From the NCBI RefSeq assembly GCF_009914755.1, contig NC_060938.1: 64,000 nt of DNA. One strand, given 5' to 3'. This document shows, in pieces, positions 13,601 through 23,396 of this stretch (positions within the stretch are counted from its first letter, which is position 1; each line of letters opens with the position of its first letter). The notes below the pieces were generated by a model. That model made no database searches. It was not told where the DNA came from and saw only the letters and a program-made list of their open reading frames with translations. The DNA is from the human T2T-CHM13v2.0 reference genome, Homo sapiens. The position numbers were made by a program, and so were the translations under genes.

Positions 13601-16600
13601 GTGGGCTGCTCCATCCCCTCCCTGGGGAGGCCCACACCCCCCTTCCTCCTGGTTGTGAGCCCGCTCTGCGATTAATGCCGCTGGTGGAAAGGGTGGCCGG
13701 CAGACGTAGAGAGCCAAACCGTGAGCCTCTCCACGCCACTCCTTCCCGCTAGGAAGTCTCTCAAATCTGCAGAGCCCATTTGGCTCCTGAAGTGGTGAGG
13801 AGTTCACACTGGAAAAAAAATTGCCAAAAATTACCGGGAAGTGCACGTTTTCGTCTGCTTTGTGGTGGCGTCTGGAAATGAAATAGTTTTGATCACGTCG
13901 TCGGGGGAATAAAAGAATCGATTCTTGCCTAATGGAGCCCAGGTTCTGAGTAGTACAATAGAAAAGTGTTTCTTCATGCTGCTCCCCGGAGAGCGGGCAC
14001 TCCCGACTCCAGCGGCTTGCATATCAATGTGCCCCATGCCCAGGGGGAGTAGGTGCCGCCTGGTGCGAACTACCCATGGTAAACCAATTTTGCCGGCGTT
14101 ATGTATCTGTCACTTACAATTAAATCCGTGAAAAATATTGGCTCTGAAATGAGTCTCGGGTAATTTGATTTACGCTGTAGTGGAGAAATCAGAGATTTCA
14201 GCGCAGAGTGGACTGTGGTGTCCTCCAGCAGGAAATGGGGCCTGTCTCTGGCTCTGCGTTGGAGCCCTGGTTCAGGGTGGCCCTCGTGTGCGCAGCCTCT
14301 GCCGGGTCAGAGCCGCCGCCTCCTGGCATCGACGCACCAGACCCACCTGTGTGGGGTGTCCCTGCTGTGGATGGGTTTCGGAGTGTTTGCAGTGATTGCT
14401 CTGGGCTCCGGCATCCTGGGTCCTGCCCCTCCCCGGCGTCTGCCCCCTCTCAGGGTACTGGGGCTGGTGTCAGGGTCTTCCCGAGTCCGGTGCCTGTATG
14501 TGGCCCAGTTTGAGATCTGTGTGTGTGCTTTGGAGACGCCATTGCTTCTGCCCAGCACCAGGGCTGCCTGGTTCCCTGCTGGCTCGGGAGGTCAGGCTGG
14601 AAGCCCAACCCACCCTCAGCCTGCCCCCCAGCCTCAGTCTCCCCAAGCCTGCAGTGGGGCCGGTGAGGCCGAGGCGTCAGAATTTGTATCTTCCCCTGGA
14701 TGGGATCCTTCTTATCTTGCCCGTCCCCGTTTGCATTCGAATGGGCTTCCCCCTGCTTTCTGCTGACTCTAGTCCGGCAGGCCACAGGGTGCCAGGGTTC
14801 GGTTCCCTCAGCTGGCCAGGGTCGGAGGCAGCCATGCCCCTGGATGGCTCCCCTGACAGCGCCAGCCCTCTGCGGCTCTCACACCTCTGTGGGGCAGTTC
14901 ATTCCCTTATCTTGCAAGTGCTCCCCCTCAGCCTGGGGAGCAGCCTGTGAGGGCTGGGCCAGGGGGCCATGCTCCTCCCTCCTGCCCTCTCCTGGACTGA
15001 GCTGCTCTGCAGGACCTGAGCGGCTGTCCTCTTCTCACGGAGGCGCCCGGAGCCCGCCGCCCCCTCATTCTCTGTGCCGCACATTCGGTGCTGACAGGCT
15101 GTGCACCGGCCTTGCCTCTCCCTGGCCCTCACCTTCTCCCTGCTCTGCTGACCTCATATGGGATCTGCTCTCGCCTGGAGCAGGGGCGCGGTGTCCACAT
15201 TCCTGCGGTGGGGGTGCCAGTGTGAGGCCTGGCCCGCTGTCCCCACCTGAGCTGGGCCCCTCCTGCCCTGTAATTAGTGGCCGGCTGGGCGGAGGCAGCT
15301 TCTCAGGTGCCGCCCACCTCTGCCCCAGGTGAAGGTTATGCTGCGGATCTGGCCCGCACAGGGGGCCCAGCGCTCGGCCGAGGCCATGTCCTTCCTGAAG
15401 GTGGACCCTCGGAAGAAGCAGGTGATCCTCTACGATCCCGCCGCCGGTCCCCCAGGCAGCGCAGGCCCCCGGCGAGCCGCCACTGCTGCAGTTCCCAAGA
15501 TGTTTGCCTTCGATGCCGTCTTCCCCCAGGACTCCGAGCAGGTACGGGCAGGCGGACTGGGCGTCCTCCCGGAGACCCGGAGCCGGGCTGCTGGCTCAGC
15601 ACATGGGTCCGATCTGCGCCCGCTTCTCCGTGCAGGGCGCAGAGGAAGCGTGAGCGAGGGGCCCGCTGCCTGCGGCGCCTGCCTGCTTACCTCCCTCATC
15701 GTCCTGGCCGGCGTCCTTGGGTGTCTCCATCCGCCCCTGCCGAGGCTCTGGGCCAAGTCCACAGGGAAAGGCCTGGTTTTCCGGAGCCCGCCCTCCCGGG
15801 AAGCTTTCCGAGCAGCTGTTGGGCTCTGGGCTCTGGGGGCGCCCGGTGCTCCCTGCCCATGCTGAGCCGTGCACCGTGTGGCTGCGTGTGCGTCTCTCTG
15901 CGCGTGGTGGTCTGCCCCTGCGCCCGGCGGCTGGACTTCTGGGCTTTGCGGGTGTGTGTCTGCACGTGTCTGGCCAGTCCATCCTACGTGTGTCCTGGGT
16001 CCTGTTCATGTGTGTTCTGTGCTTTCCGTGTGCACATGGGATCTGTCCTTGGTCCCAGGTGTGCAGCCCAATCTCCTTGTGGGTCGACTGCCTGCATGTG
16101 CCAGGACAGACCGGCCTCAGGCCCACAGACGTGGCAGAAGGAAGGGGCCACAGCCCTGCCTGATTCTCTTGCCCCCCTAGGCCGAAGTCTGCTCGGGGAC
16201 CGTGGCCGACGTGCTCCAGTCGGTGGTCAGTGGGGCTGATGGCTGCATTTTTTCCTTTGGCCACATGAGCCTGGGTAAGCACCCTTGCCCCACCCTAGAT
16301 GGGTCCTGCTGGCCACCCCCTCCCATCCTCATCACGGTGGTTGCTGGCAGCTTCTGATGGGAAAGGAGGCTGGTCCTACACATGGGCCGTGGTGGGCATA
16401 TGGGGTGAGGGGCTTGTGGAGAGGAAGCTGAACCCCTGCCGAACTGAAAGGCAGAGGGCTTAGGATGGATCCAAAGAGGCCCCTGAGATCTCGGTGCCCC
16501 TGGTTGGCCCCCGGGGACGCCAGTAGCCATAAAGGCTCCTTGCGTGGTGTGTGGTGGGGCCTGACGCCTGCGTGGCCCCCAGGCAAGTCGTACACCATGA

Positions 16601-19600
16601 TCGGGAAGGACAGCTCACCCCAGAGCCTGGGCATCGTGCCCTGCGCCATCTCCTGGCTCTTCAGGCTCATCGAGGAGCGCAGGGAGAGGACGGGCACCCG
16701 CTTCTCCGTCCGGGTCTCAGCCGTGGAGGTGTGCGGGCGCGACCAGAGCCTGCGGGACCTGCTGGCCGAGGTGGCCCCTGGCAGCCTCCAGGACACCCAG
16801 TCTCCGGGAGTGTACCTGCGGGAGGACCCCGTGTGTGGGGCGCAGGTGCGCCTGCCTACTGTCCCACCTTGGGGGAGGGGGGCTGCACTTGGCCCTGAGC
16901 CACTGAAGACGCCGCTGCCTCTGCCTTTCCTGCAGCTCCAGAACCAAAGCGAGCTGCGGGCACCCACGGCCGAGAAGGCGGCTTTCTACCTGGATGCGGC
17001 CCTGGCGGCCCGCAGCACCAGCCGAGCGGGCTGTGGCGAGGACGCCCGACGCAGCTCCCACATGTTGTTCACGCTGCACGTCTACCAGTACCGCATGGAG
17101 AAGTGCGGCCGGGGAGGAAGTAGGTGCCACACCCGCACTCCCGGGCCCCTGTGGGATGCGTGTCAGCAGAGACCCAGGCACAGGGGCCTGTCATCCAGTG
17201 GCTCCTGGGGATGTCCCTGGGGTTGTCCCCAGCTTGGGCCTGGGGTGGGGATGTGGAGCAGGATCTGGGGGCCCCTGGCCACACCATCATTTGCTTGCCT
17301 TGTGGTTCCAGTGTCCGGAGGCCGCAGCCGCCTGCACCTCATCGACCTGGGCAGCTGTGAGGCGGCGGCTGGCAGGGCCGGGGAGGCTGCTGGGGGTCCC
17401 CTGTGTCTGTCCCTGTCGGCCCTGGGCAGCGTCATCTTGGCCCTGGTCAACGGAGCCAAGCATGTGCCGTATCGGTGAGTGTAGGGCCTGGGCAGGTGCC
17501 GACCAGGGTGGCCCCTTGGTGACCTGGTAAATCCGTGTCTGGTGTGCCCGGTGCTGCTGTGGCCCCCAGCTCCTCAGGGCTTTGCTCCTCCACCACCTGA
17601 CAGGCCTCGCTGCCCGTGGGCTGCCTGGGGCCCCACGCTGGGCTGGTGCCGGAGCTGGGTGGGAACCAGACTGATCCCAGGGCTGCCCTTGGCCAGCCTG
17701 TCCCCGAAGCTCCCTTCCCAAGGCCTTGGCATCTGAACCGCCTCGACCCGCAGGGACCACAGGCTCACCATGCTGCTGCGTGAATCCCTGGCCACCGCTG
17801 GCTGCCGCACCACCATGATCGCCCACGTGTCGGATGCGCCAGCCCAGCACGCAGAGACACTCAGCACCGTGCAGCTCGCCGCCCGCATCCACCGCCTGCG
17901 CAGGAAGAAGGCCAAGGTGCTCCCCACCTCCTGCCCGCCCCATCTCGGGGCCGTCTCGGCTCCTGTGTCCACTGCAGGCCTCTGCTGGCCTGGTTGGGGT
18001 GGGGGTCAGCAGGTGGCCTGGAGCCTGGGTAGATGTCCTATGTGTTCTGATGTCATGAGGCTATGCCCATGTGGCCCTCCCTGGGGGGTGGGGAGCCCAG
18101 CCTGAGGTCCCTGGCTGCAGTGGGCAGAATCGGGGCTTGCTGTATGTGGCTTGTGGTGGCCTCACTCCAGCCTGCTGCCCCCGCACAGGCCCTGGGGTGC
18201 TCAGGAGAGCCGCACCACCTCTGCAGGGGCTTCCTAGGGACCCCTCTCTGGGGCTGGAGGGTGGAGTTTGGGGCACTCTGGGGTTACACTGCCCTTGGTG
18301 TGAGTCCTGGCCACTGGCCTGGGCACACATGCTTGTCTTTTGAGCTTCCCGTTCCCTCCCAGCGCGGGGTGACACCGTTTTCCTTGTAAAGTTGCTAAGA
18401 ATGGTCACTTAAGTTCTTCCCCTGAGACTCAGTTCCGCTCCCAGCGTTTGGTGGGACATGGTTGGTGGTGCCTGCTGTAGTTTTCATCACAGTGACCGCA
18501 GCATTGGCCCTGTGCTCTGGGGAGGGTCGGGGAAGCGGGGGCGTGTAGGGGAGACTGGGCTCGGCAGCTCCACTTTTCTTCCCCCAGTACGCCTCCAGCT
18601 CCTCTGGCGGGGAGAGCTCCTGTGAGGAAGGCCGGGCCCGTCGGCCCCCGCACCTGCGGCCCTTCCACCCACGCACTGTGGCCCTGGACCCCGACCGCAC
18701 GCCTCCCTGCCTGCCCGGTGACCCCGATTACTCCTCCAGCAGCGAGCAGTCCTGTGACACGGTCATCTACGTGGGGCCCGGTGGGGCGGCGCTGTCAGAC
18801 CGGGAGCTCACCGACAACGAAGGTCCGCCTGACTTCGTGCCCATCATCCCTGCCCTGAGCCGCCACCGGCCCTCCAAGGGCCCCCGAGACGCAGACCACT
18901 TCCGCTGCAGCACCTTCGCGGAGCTGCAGGAGCGGCTGGAATGCATGGACGGCAACGAGGGTCCCTCAGGAGGTCCAGGTGGCACCGACGGAGCTCAGGC
19001 CAGCCCCGCCCGAGGGGGCCGGAAGCCCTCGCCACCAGAGGCTGCATCCCCCAGGAAGGCCGTGGGCACCCCGATGGCTGCCAGCACCCCTCGAGGCAGT
19101 TCTGGTCCAGACACCCACCAGGGTACCCCTGAGCCCTGCAAGGCCATTGTCTGGGGTGACCAGAGAGAGGACAGCAGCGCTTGGCCTGAGCTGCTGGTCC
19201 CGGAAAAGGCTGCAGTGAGTGGAGGCAGGAGGCCACTGCCCAGCCCGGCTCCCCCACCTCCTCAGTTGCTGGAAGCCTGCAGAGCCCCAGAAGAGCCTGG
19301 GGGAGGGGGCACTGATGGAGTGGCACGGACCCCTCCCGTGGGCATGAGTGGGCAGGTGGCTGGGTCCCCGATGCTTCCTGGGGCCACCTGCCCCCGCCTG
19401 GCTGCTGGCAGTCGCTGTCCGGAGCGGGGCCTGCTCACCACCACAGTGACCCTGCAGCGGCCAGTGGAGCTCAACGGCGAGGACGAGCTGGTGTTCACGG
19501 TGGTGGAGGAGCTGTCCCTGGGGGCGCTTGCCGGAGCTGGGCGGCCCACCAGCCTGGCTAGCTTCGACAGTGACTGCTCCCTGCGGGCCCTGGCCTCGGG

Positions 19601-22600
19601 GTCCCGGCCGGTCAGCATCATCAGCAGCATCAATGATGAGTTTGACGCCTACACCTCTCAGGCCCCTGAGGGGGGGCCCCTGGAGGGGGCGGCCTGGGCC
19701 GGCAGCAGTCACGGCTCCTCCATCAGCTCCTGGCTCAGCGAGGTCAGCGTCTGCACTGCCGACAGCCGTGACCCCACGCCGCAGCCCCGCTTCAGCCCCG
19801 ACTCGCTGGCAGGGCTTGACCCTGGGGGCCCCCCTGCCCTGGATGGTTCCCTGGGGGATGGAAGCTCTGGGTTCCTGGGGCCAGACAGACCTGACAGTCC
19901 TGGGCCAACCTGGGGTCCGTGCCCTGGGGAAGTGGCTGCAGTGGCCCCATCCCGACCCGGCAGGGAGCCCCAGGCCGGGCCCTCGCGGTGGGCATCCGCA
20001 GCCCAGACCATCCACTCCAGCCTCCCCCGGAAACCGAGGACTGCCTCTGCCACCACCCGTGTGGGCTGTGCTCGCCTGGGCCAGAGCCCACCTGGCCGTG
20101 GAGGCCTGTTTGAGGACCCATGGCTGCTCCGGGTAGGGGAGTGTGATACCCAGGCAGCTTCTGCTGGCAGGGCCCCCAGCCCCACACTTGGCTCCCCCCG
20201 GCTGCCTGAGGCCCAGGTGATGCTAGCCTGTGCCCAGAGAGTGGTGGACGGGTGTGAGGTGGCAGCCAGGGCGGCCCGCAGGCCAGAGGCTGTGGCTCGG
20301 ATCCCACCGCTGCGGAGGGGTGCCACCACGCTGGGTGTGACAACGCCAGCTGTGTCCTGGGGAGATGCTCCCACGGAGGTGGTGGCCTGCTCGGGGAGCC
20401 TGAAGGCCTCCCCCACCAGCAAGAAGGGTCTGGCTCCCAAGGCGGGCTTCCTCCCGAGGCCCAGTGGGGCGGCCCCCCCGGCCCCACCCACGCGGAAGTC
20501 CAGCCTGGAGCAGAGGAGCAGCCCGGCCTCGGCCCCTCCGCATGCTGTGAACCCGGCGCGGGTCGGGGCTGCTGCTGTCCTTCGAGGGGAGGAGGAGCCC
20601 AGACCCAGCAGCCGGGCTGACCACTCTGTCCCCAGGGCCACGTCCAGCCTGAAGGCCCGGGCCAGCAAGGTAGAAGCGGCACACCGTCTTGCCGGACACG
20701 CGTCTCTGGAGCGGTACGAAGGCCTGGCGCACAGCAGCAGCAAGGGCCGGGAAGCCCCTGGGCGGCCTCCCCGGGCTGTACCCAAGCTGGGTGTGCCACC
20801 CTCCAGCCCCACACACGGTCCAGCTCCCGCCTGTAGGAGCGGCGCAGCCAAGGCTGTGGGGGCCCCCAAGCCCCCTGTTGGTGGAGGCAAGGGCCGTGGC
20901 CTAGTGGCTGGTGGGTCGCGGGCTCTGGGGCCTTCGGTGAAGCTGTCTACGGCCTCTGTGACGGGCAGGAGCCCTGGCGGCCCTGTGGCCGGTCCCAGAG
21001 CAGCCCCACGGGCCGGGCCCAGTGTCGGGGCGAAGGCTGGCCGGGGTACCGTCATGGGCACAAAGCAGGCGCTCCGGGCTGCTCACAGCCGCGTCCATGA
21101 GCTGTCAGCCAGTGGAGCCCCGGGCCGAGGTGGCTCCTCGTGGGGCTCGGCGGACTCAGACAGCGGCCATGACAGCGGCGTGAACGTGGGGGAGGAGCGG
21201 CCACCCACGGGCCCGGCCCTGCCCTCCCCCTACAGCAAGGTGACCGCCCCACGGCGGCCCCAGCGCTACAGCAGCGGCCATGGCAGCGACAACAGCAGCG
21301 TGCTGAGTGGAGAGCTGCCGCCCGCCATGGGCCGCACCGCCCTTTTCCACCACAGCGGTGGCAGCAGTGGCTATGAGAGCCTGCGGCGCGACAGCGAGGC
21401 CACCGGCAGCGCCTCCTCCGCCCCTGACTCCATGAGCGAGAGTGGGGCTGCCTCCCCAGGCGCCCGCACCCGCAGCCTCAAGTCCCCCAAGAAGAGGGCC
21501 ACAGGTGGGTGCAGAGGTGCACAGCCCTCTACAGTTTACGGGCTTTCTGTGTGTAGATGTGCACAGCCCTCTACAGTTTACAGGGCCAGGAGATGCTGGA
21601 CAGATGGGCACAGCCTTCAAGGTCCCAGACCCACACAGCCGTGGACGGTTTACAGACTCGCCTGGGGCTTTTTGTGTGTGGAGGTGCACAGCCCTCTGCA
21701 GTTTATAAACCCCCTGTACTTGCCCTTCTCTGGCCCCACCCTGCCCTGGGGGGCTGATCCTGGTCTGTGTCTGGGTGAGCACAAGGGCAGCCCTGCACAG
21801 GTCGCCAGGCTGGGGCACTGGACTCGGGTTTGGGTCCCGGGCCTCGTGCCTCCCTGGCGAGTGTCGAGCTGCCTGGAAGGCCCCCGCCAGGGCTGCCCCA
21901 AGGGACAGAACTGCTCAGGTCATGGCAGGGAAAGTGGGAGGCCCTGGTGGTGGTGGGGGCGCCCTTGAGAGCTGTGGGCCTGGCTTGGGGTCGGCTTCCT
22001 CCCTGCCCTGGGCAGAGCGCCAGCCTGAGGATTCCTGGACTGGACCCCGAAGGCCTCCCTGTCAGGACTCGGGCCGGCTCCGCAGCGTCCCCGCAGGGGC
22101 TGTGCTTGGGCTGGGCCCCGCCTCTGTTCACCCTGTGCCCGGCTCTCCGTTCCAGGTCTGCAGCGGCGGCGCCTGATTCCCGCCCCACTGCCCGACACCA
22201 CTGCCCTGGGCCGTAAGCCCAGCCTCCCCGGGCAGTGGGTGGACCTGCCCCCGCCCCTGGCTGGCTCCCTGAAGGAGCCGTTCGAGATCAAGGTGTACGA
22301 GATCGATGACGTGGAGCGCCTTCAGCGGCCCCGCCCCACCCCGAGGGAGGCCCCCACCCAGGTAGGGCCTTTGGTGGGCTGGGGTCTATGACCCCTGGTG
22401 GGGAGCCTGCCGCGGATGGCAGAGTGAGCCATTTGATGGGCTCGCCAGGCCTCTGGGGGTGTGGCTGGGCAGCCCCTGACCTCACTTTCTGTCCACGTTC
22501 CGCCCAGGACGCAAAGGTAGGAGCGGCCCTGCCCAGCCCAAGCCTGTTGCAGCTCCGACACTCCCCTTGGGCAGTGGGTGGGTGGCTGGGGGGTCCTGAG

Positions 22601-23396
22601 GCCACTGCTGCTGTCCGCTGGAATTCTCCCCTGTCGTGGGGAGGGTGGTCCTAGAGCCGAGCCAGGACCCAGACGGGCATGGGTGGGCTGCCCCAGGTCC
22701 GCCCCCTGCCCGCCCTTGGAGCCCCACTGTGTGCCTGCCAAGGCCTGGCAGGTGAAGGGAGGCGGGGGCCACATCAGGGCTGCTTGGGGGTCTCTGGGGA
22801 GAGGGTCCCATGCCTGAGCCCCCGCCCGCCCTGCCTCCCAGGGTCTGGCGTGCGTCAGTACAAGGCTGCGGCTGGCGGAGCGCAGGCAGCAGCGGCTGCG
22901 GGAGGTGCAGGCCAAGCACAAGCACCTGTGTGAGGAGCTGGCCGAGACCCAGGGCCGGCTGATGCTGGAGCCTGGCCGCTGGCTGGAGCAGTGTGAGTCC
23001 CGCCCGCCCACGGACCCAGCCCGGCCCACCGTGTGCCCTGACAGCTGCCCTCCCCTCCCAGAGCCCTGTTGCTCTCCTGTACCTCGTGGTGGGAAGGCTG
23101 GAAGGCAGGGTCGGCCGGGCCAAGATGCCTTTCCTGGGGCCTCTGGGGGGCCAGGTGGCTGCCCCCAGCCTCGGGCCTGACGCAGGTGCCCCTCCCCTCT
23201 CCTCCCCTCCCCAGTTGAGGTGGACCCGGAGCTGGAGCCCGAGTCGGCCGAGTACCTGGCGGCCCTGGAGCGAGCCACGGCGGCCCTGGAGCAGTGCGTG
23301 AACCTGTGCAAGGCGCACGTCATGATGGTCACCTGCTTCGACATCAGCGTTGCAGCCAGTGCTGCCATCCCGGGGCCGCAGGAGGTGGACGTCTGA
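1418..23396 (+). CDS. KIF26A: Kinesin-like protein KIF26A, spliced CDS, 5'-partial (upstream exons lie outside the window): join(1418..1605,10465..10654,15329..15541,16181..16274,16583..16845,16936..17119,17312..17474,17754..17916,18588..21504,22156..22361,22842..22992,23215..23396)
   Basis: All junctions read as AG|exon|GT with matching phases; summed length 4914 nt = 1637 codons + TGA. Translation gives a divergent kinesin motor (VKVMLRI...FAFDAVF...GKSYTMIG...[17 protein letters not shown]), a long Ser/Pro/Gly-rich region and a C-terminal coiled coil ending PQEVDV*, which I recognise as KIF26A. Exon numbering is from recalled gene structure. Confidence 0.97.
1885..2010 (+). mobile_element. 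MIR SINE fragment
   Basis: ctgtgcaatcttgggcaaatcaactaacctctctgtgcctcagtttcctc matches the MIR core. Confidence 0.7.
7171..7493. repeat. Inverted repeat: 84-bp arms (7171-7254 and 7410-7493), 81/84 identity, 155-bp spacer
   Basis: Manual reverse-complement alignment; also visible as mirrored peptides in ORFs 6936..7373, 7180..7725 and 7407..7682. Confidence 0.97.
8322..9460 (+). repeat. Low-complexity (TG)/(TC)/TGCATG repeat tract, ~1.1 kb
   Basis: Direct reading; source of the Cys/Val and His/Thr pseudo-ORFs. Confidence 0.95.
9900..10070 (-). mobile_element. MIR SINE fragment
   Basis: cccactttggagatgtagaaactgaggca...gtgcccaggtcacagct. Confidence 0.65.
10465..10654 (+). CDS. KIF26A: KIF26A coding exon (exon 5), [13 protein letters not shown]...DNPGSIGK
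   Basis: Acceptor cctctcctccccag|G, donor AAG|gtagac; 190 nt, phase 2 to 0. Confidence 0.95.
13170..14200. promoter_or_regulatory. Candidate intronic enhancer (AT-rich, homeodomain-motif-rich island in intron 5)
   Basis: Clear drop in GC without repeat hallmarks; many TAAT/ATTA and TGACA/TGTCA motifs. Confidence 0.45.
15329..15541 (+). CDS. KIF26A: KIF26A exon 6, start of motor domain (VKVMLRI...[13 protein letters not shown])
   Basis: tgccccag|GTG ... CAG|gtacgg; 213 nt; kinesin beta1 and FxFDxVF motifs. Confidence 0.96.
16181..16274 (+). CDS. KIF26A: KIF26A exon 7 ([32 protein letters not shown]), first half of P-loop
   Basis: gcccccctag|GCC ... CTGG|gtaagc; 94 nt; not captured in the ORF track. 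Confidence 0.95.
16583..16845 (+). CDS. KIF26A: KIF26A exon 8 (KSYTMIG...REDPVCGAQ)
   Basis: ccccag|GC ... CAG|gtgcgc; 263 nt. Confidence 0.95.
16936..17119 (+). CDS. KIF26A: KIF26A exon 9 ([10 protein letters not shown]...[24 protein letters not shown])
   Basis: tttcctgcag|CTC ... GGAA|gtaggt; 184 nt; switch-I region. Confidence 0.93.
17312..17474 (+). CDS. KIF26A: KIF26A exon 10 ([16 protein letters not shown]...HVPYR)
   Basis: ggttccag|TG ... TATCG|gtgagt; 163 nt; switch-II region and HVPYR. Confidence 0.95.
17754..17916 (+). CDS. KIF26A: KIF26A exon 11 ([12 protein letters not shown]...RRKKAK), end of motor domain
   Basis: cccgcag|G ... AAG|gtgctc; 163 nt. Confidence 0.95.
18588..21504 (+). 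CDS. KIF26A: KIF26A exon 12, 2917-nt exon encoding a low-complexity Ser/Pro/Gly/Ala-rich region
   Basis: cttttcttcccccag|TAC ... ACAG|gtgggt; same frame as ORF 18678..21968. Confidence 0.96.
21517..21706. repeat. Degenerate repeat (core gtgcacagccctctacagtttac at 21517, 21559, 21684; first two copies 42 bp apart) just inside intron 12
   Basis: Direct reading. Confidence 0.8.
22156..22361 (+). CDS. KIF26A: KIF26A exon 13 ([10 protein letters not shown]...[16 protein letters not shown]...EAPTQ)
   Basis: ccgttccag|GT ... CAG|gtaggg; 206 nt, ends in phase 0. Confidence 0.95.
22508..22516 (+). CDS. KIF26A: Candidate alternative 9-nt microexon GACGCAAAG (D-A-K) in KIF26A intron 13
   Basis: ctgac branch-like motif, pyrimidine tract, cag| acceptor and AAG|gtagga donor; symmetric phase 0. 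Confidence 0.55.
22842..22992 (+). CDS. KIF26A: KIF26A exon 14 ([25 protein letters not shown]...WLEQ), coiled coil
   Basis: ctgcctcccag|GGT ... CAGT|gtgagt; 151 nt. Confidence 0.95.
23215..23396 (+). CDS. KIF26A: KIF26A last exon, coding part ([14 protein letters not shown]...PGPQEVDV*)
   Basis: cctcccctccccag|TT; in-frame TGA at 23394-23396. Confidence 0.96.

Noticed and set aside
15301-15328. Upstream AG (tctcag) before exon 6, and a similar AG at 23184-23185 before the last exon
   Set aside because: Use would shift the frame (22 and 29 nt); no support.
17978-17992. Possible 15-nt microexon in intron 11 after ctgcag
   Set aside because: Following donor gttggg is poor and the pyrimidine tract is weak.
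18966-21061. Long antisense ORFs (349, 450, 340 aa) over exon 12
   Set aside because: Shadow ORFs expected opposite a very GC-rich coding exon.
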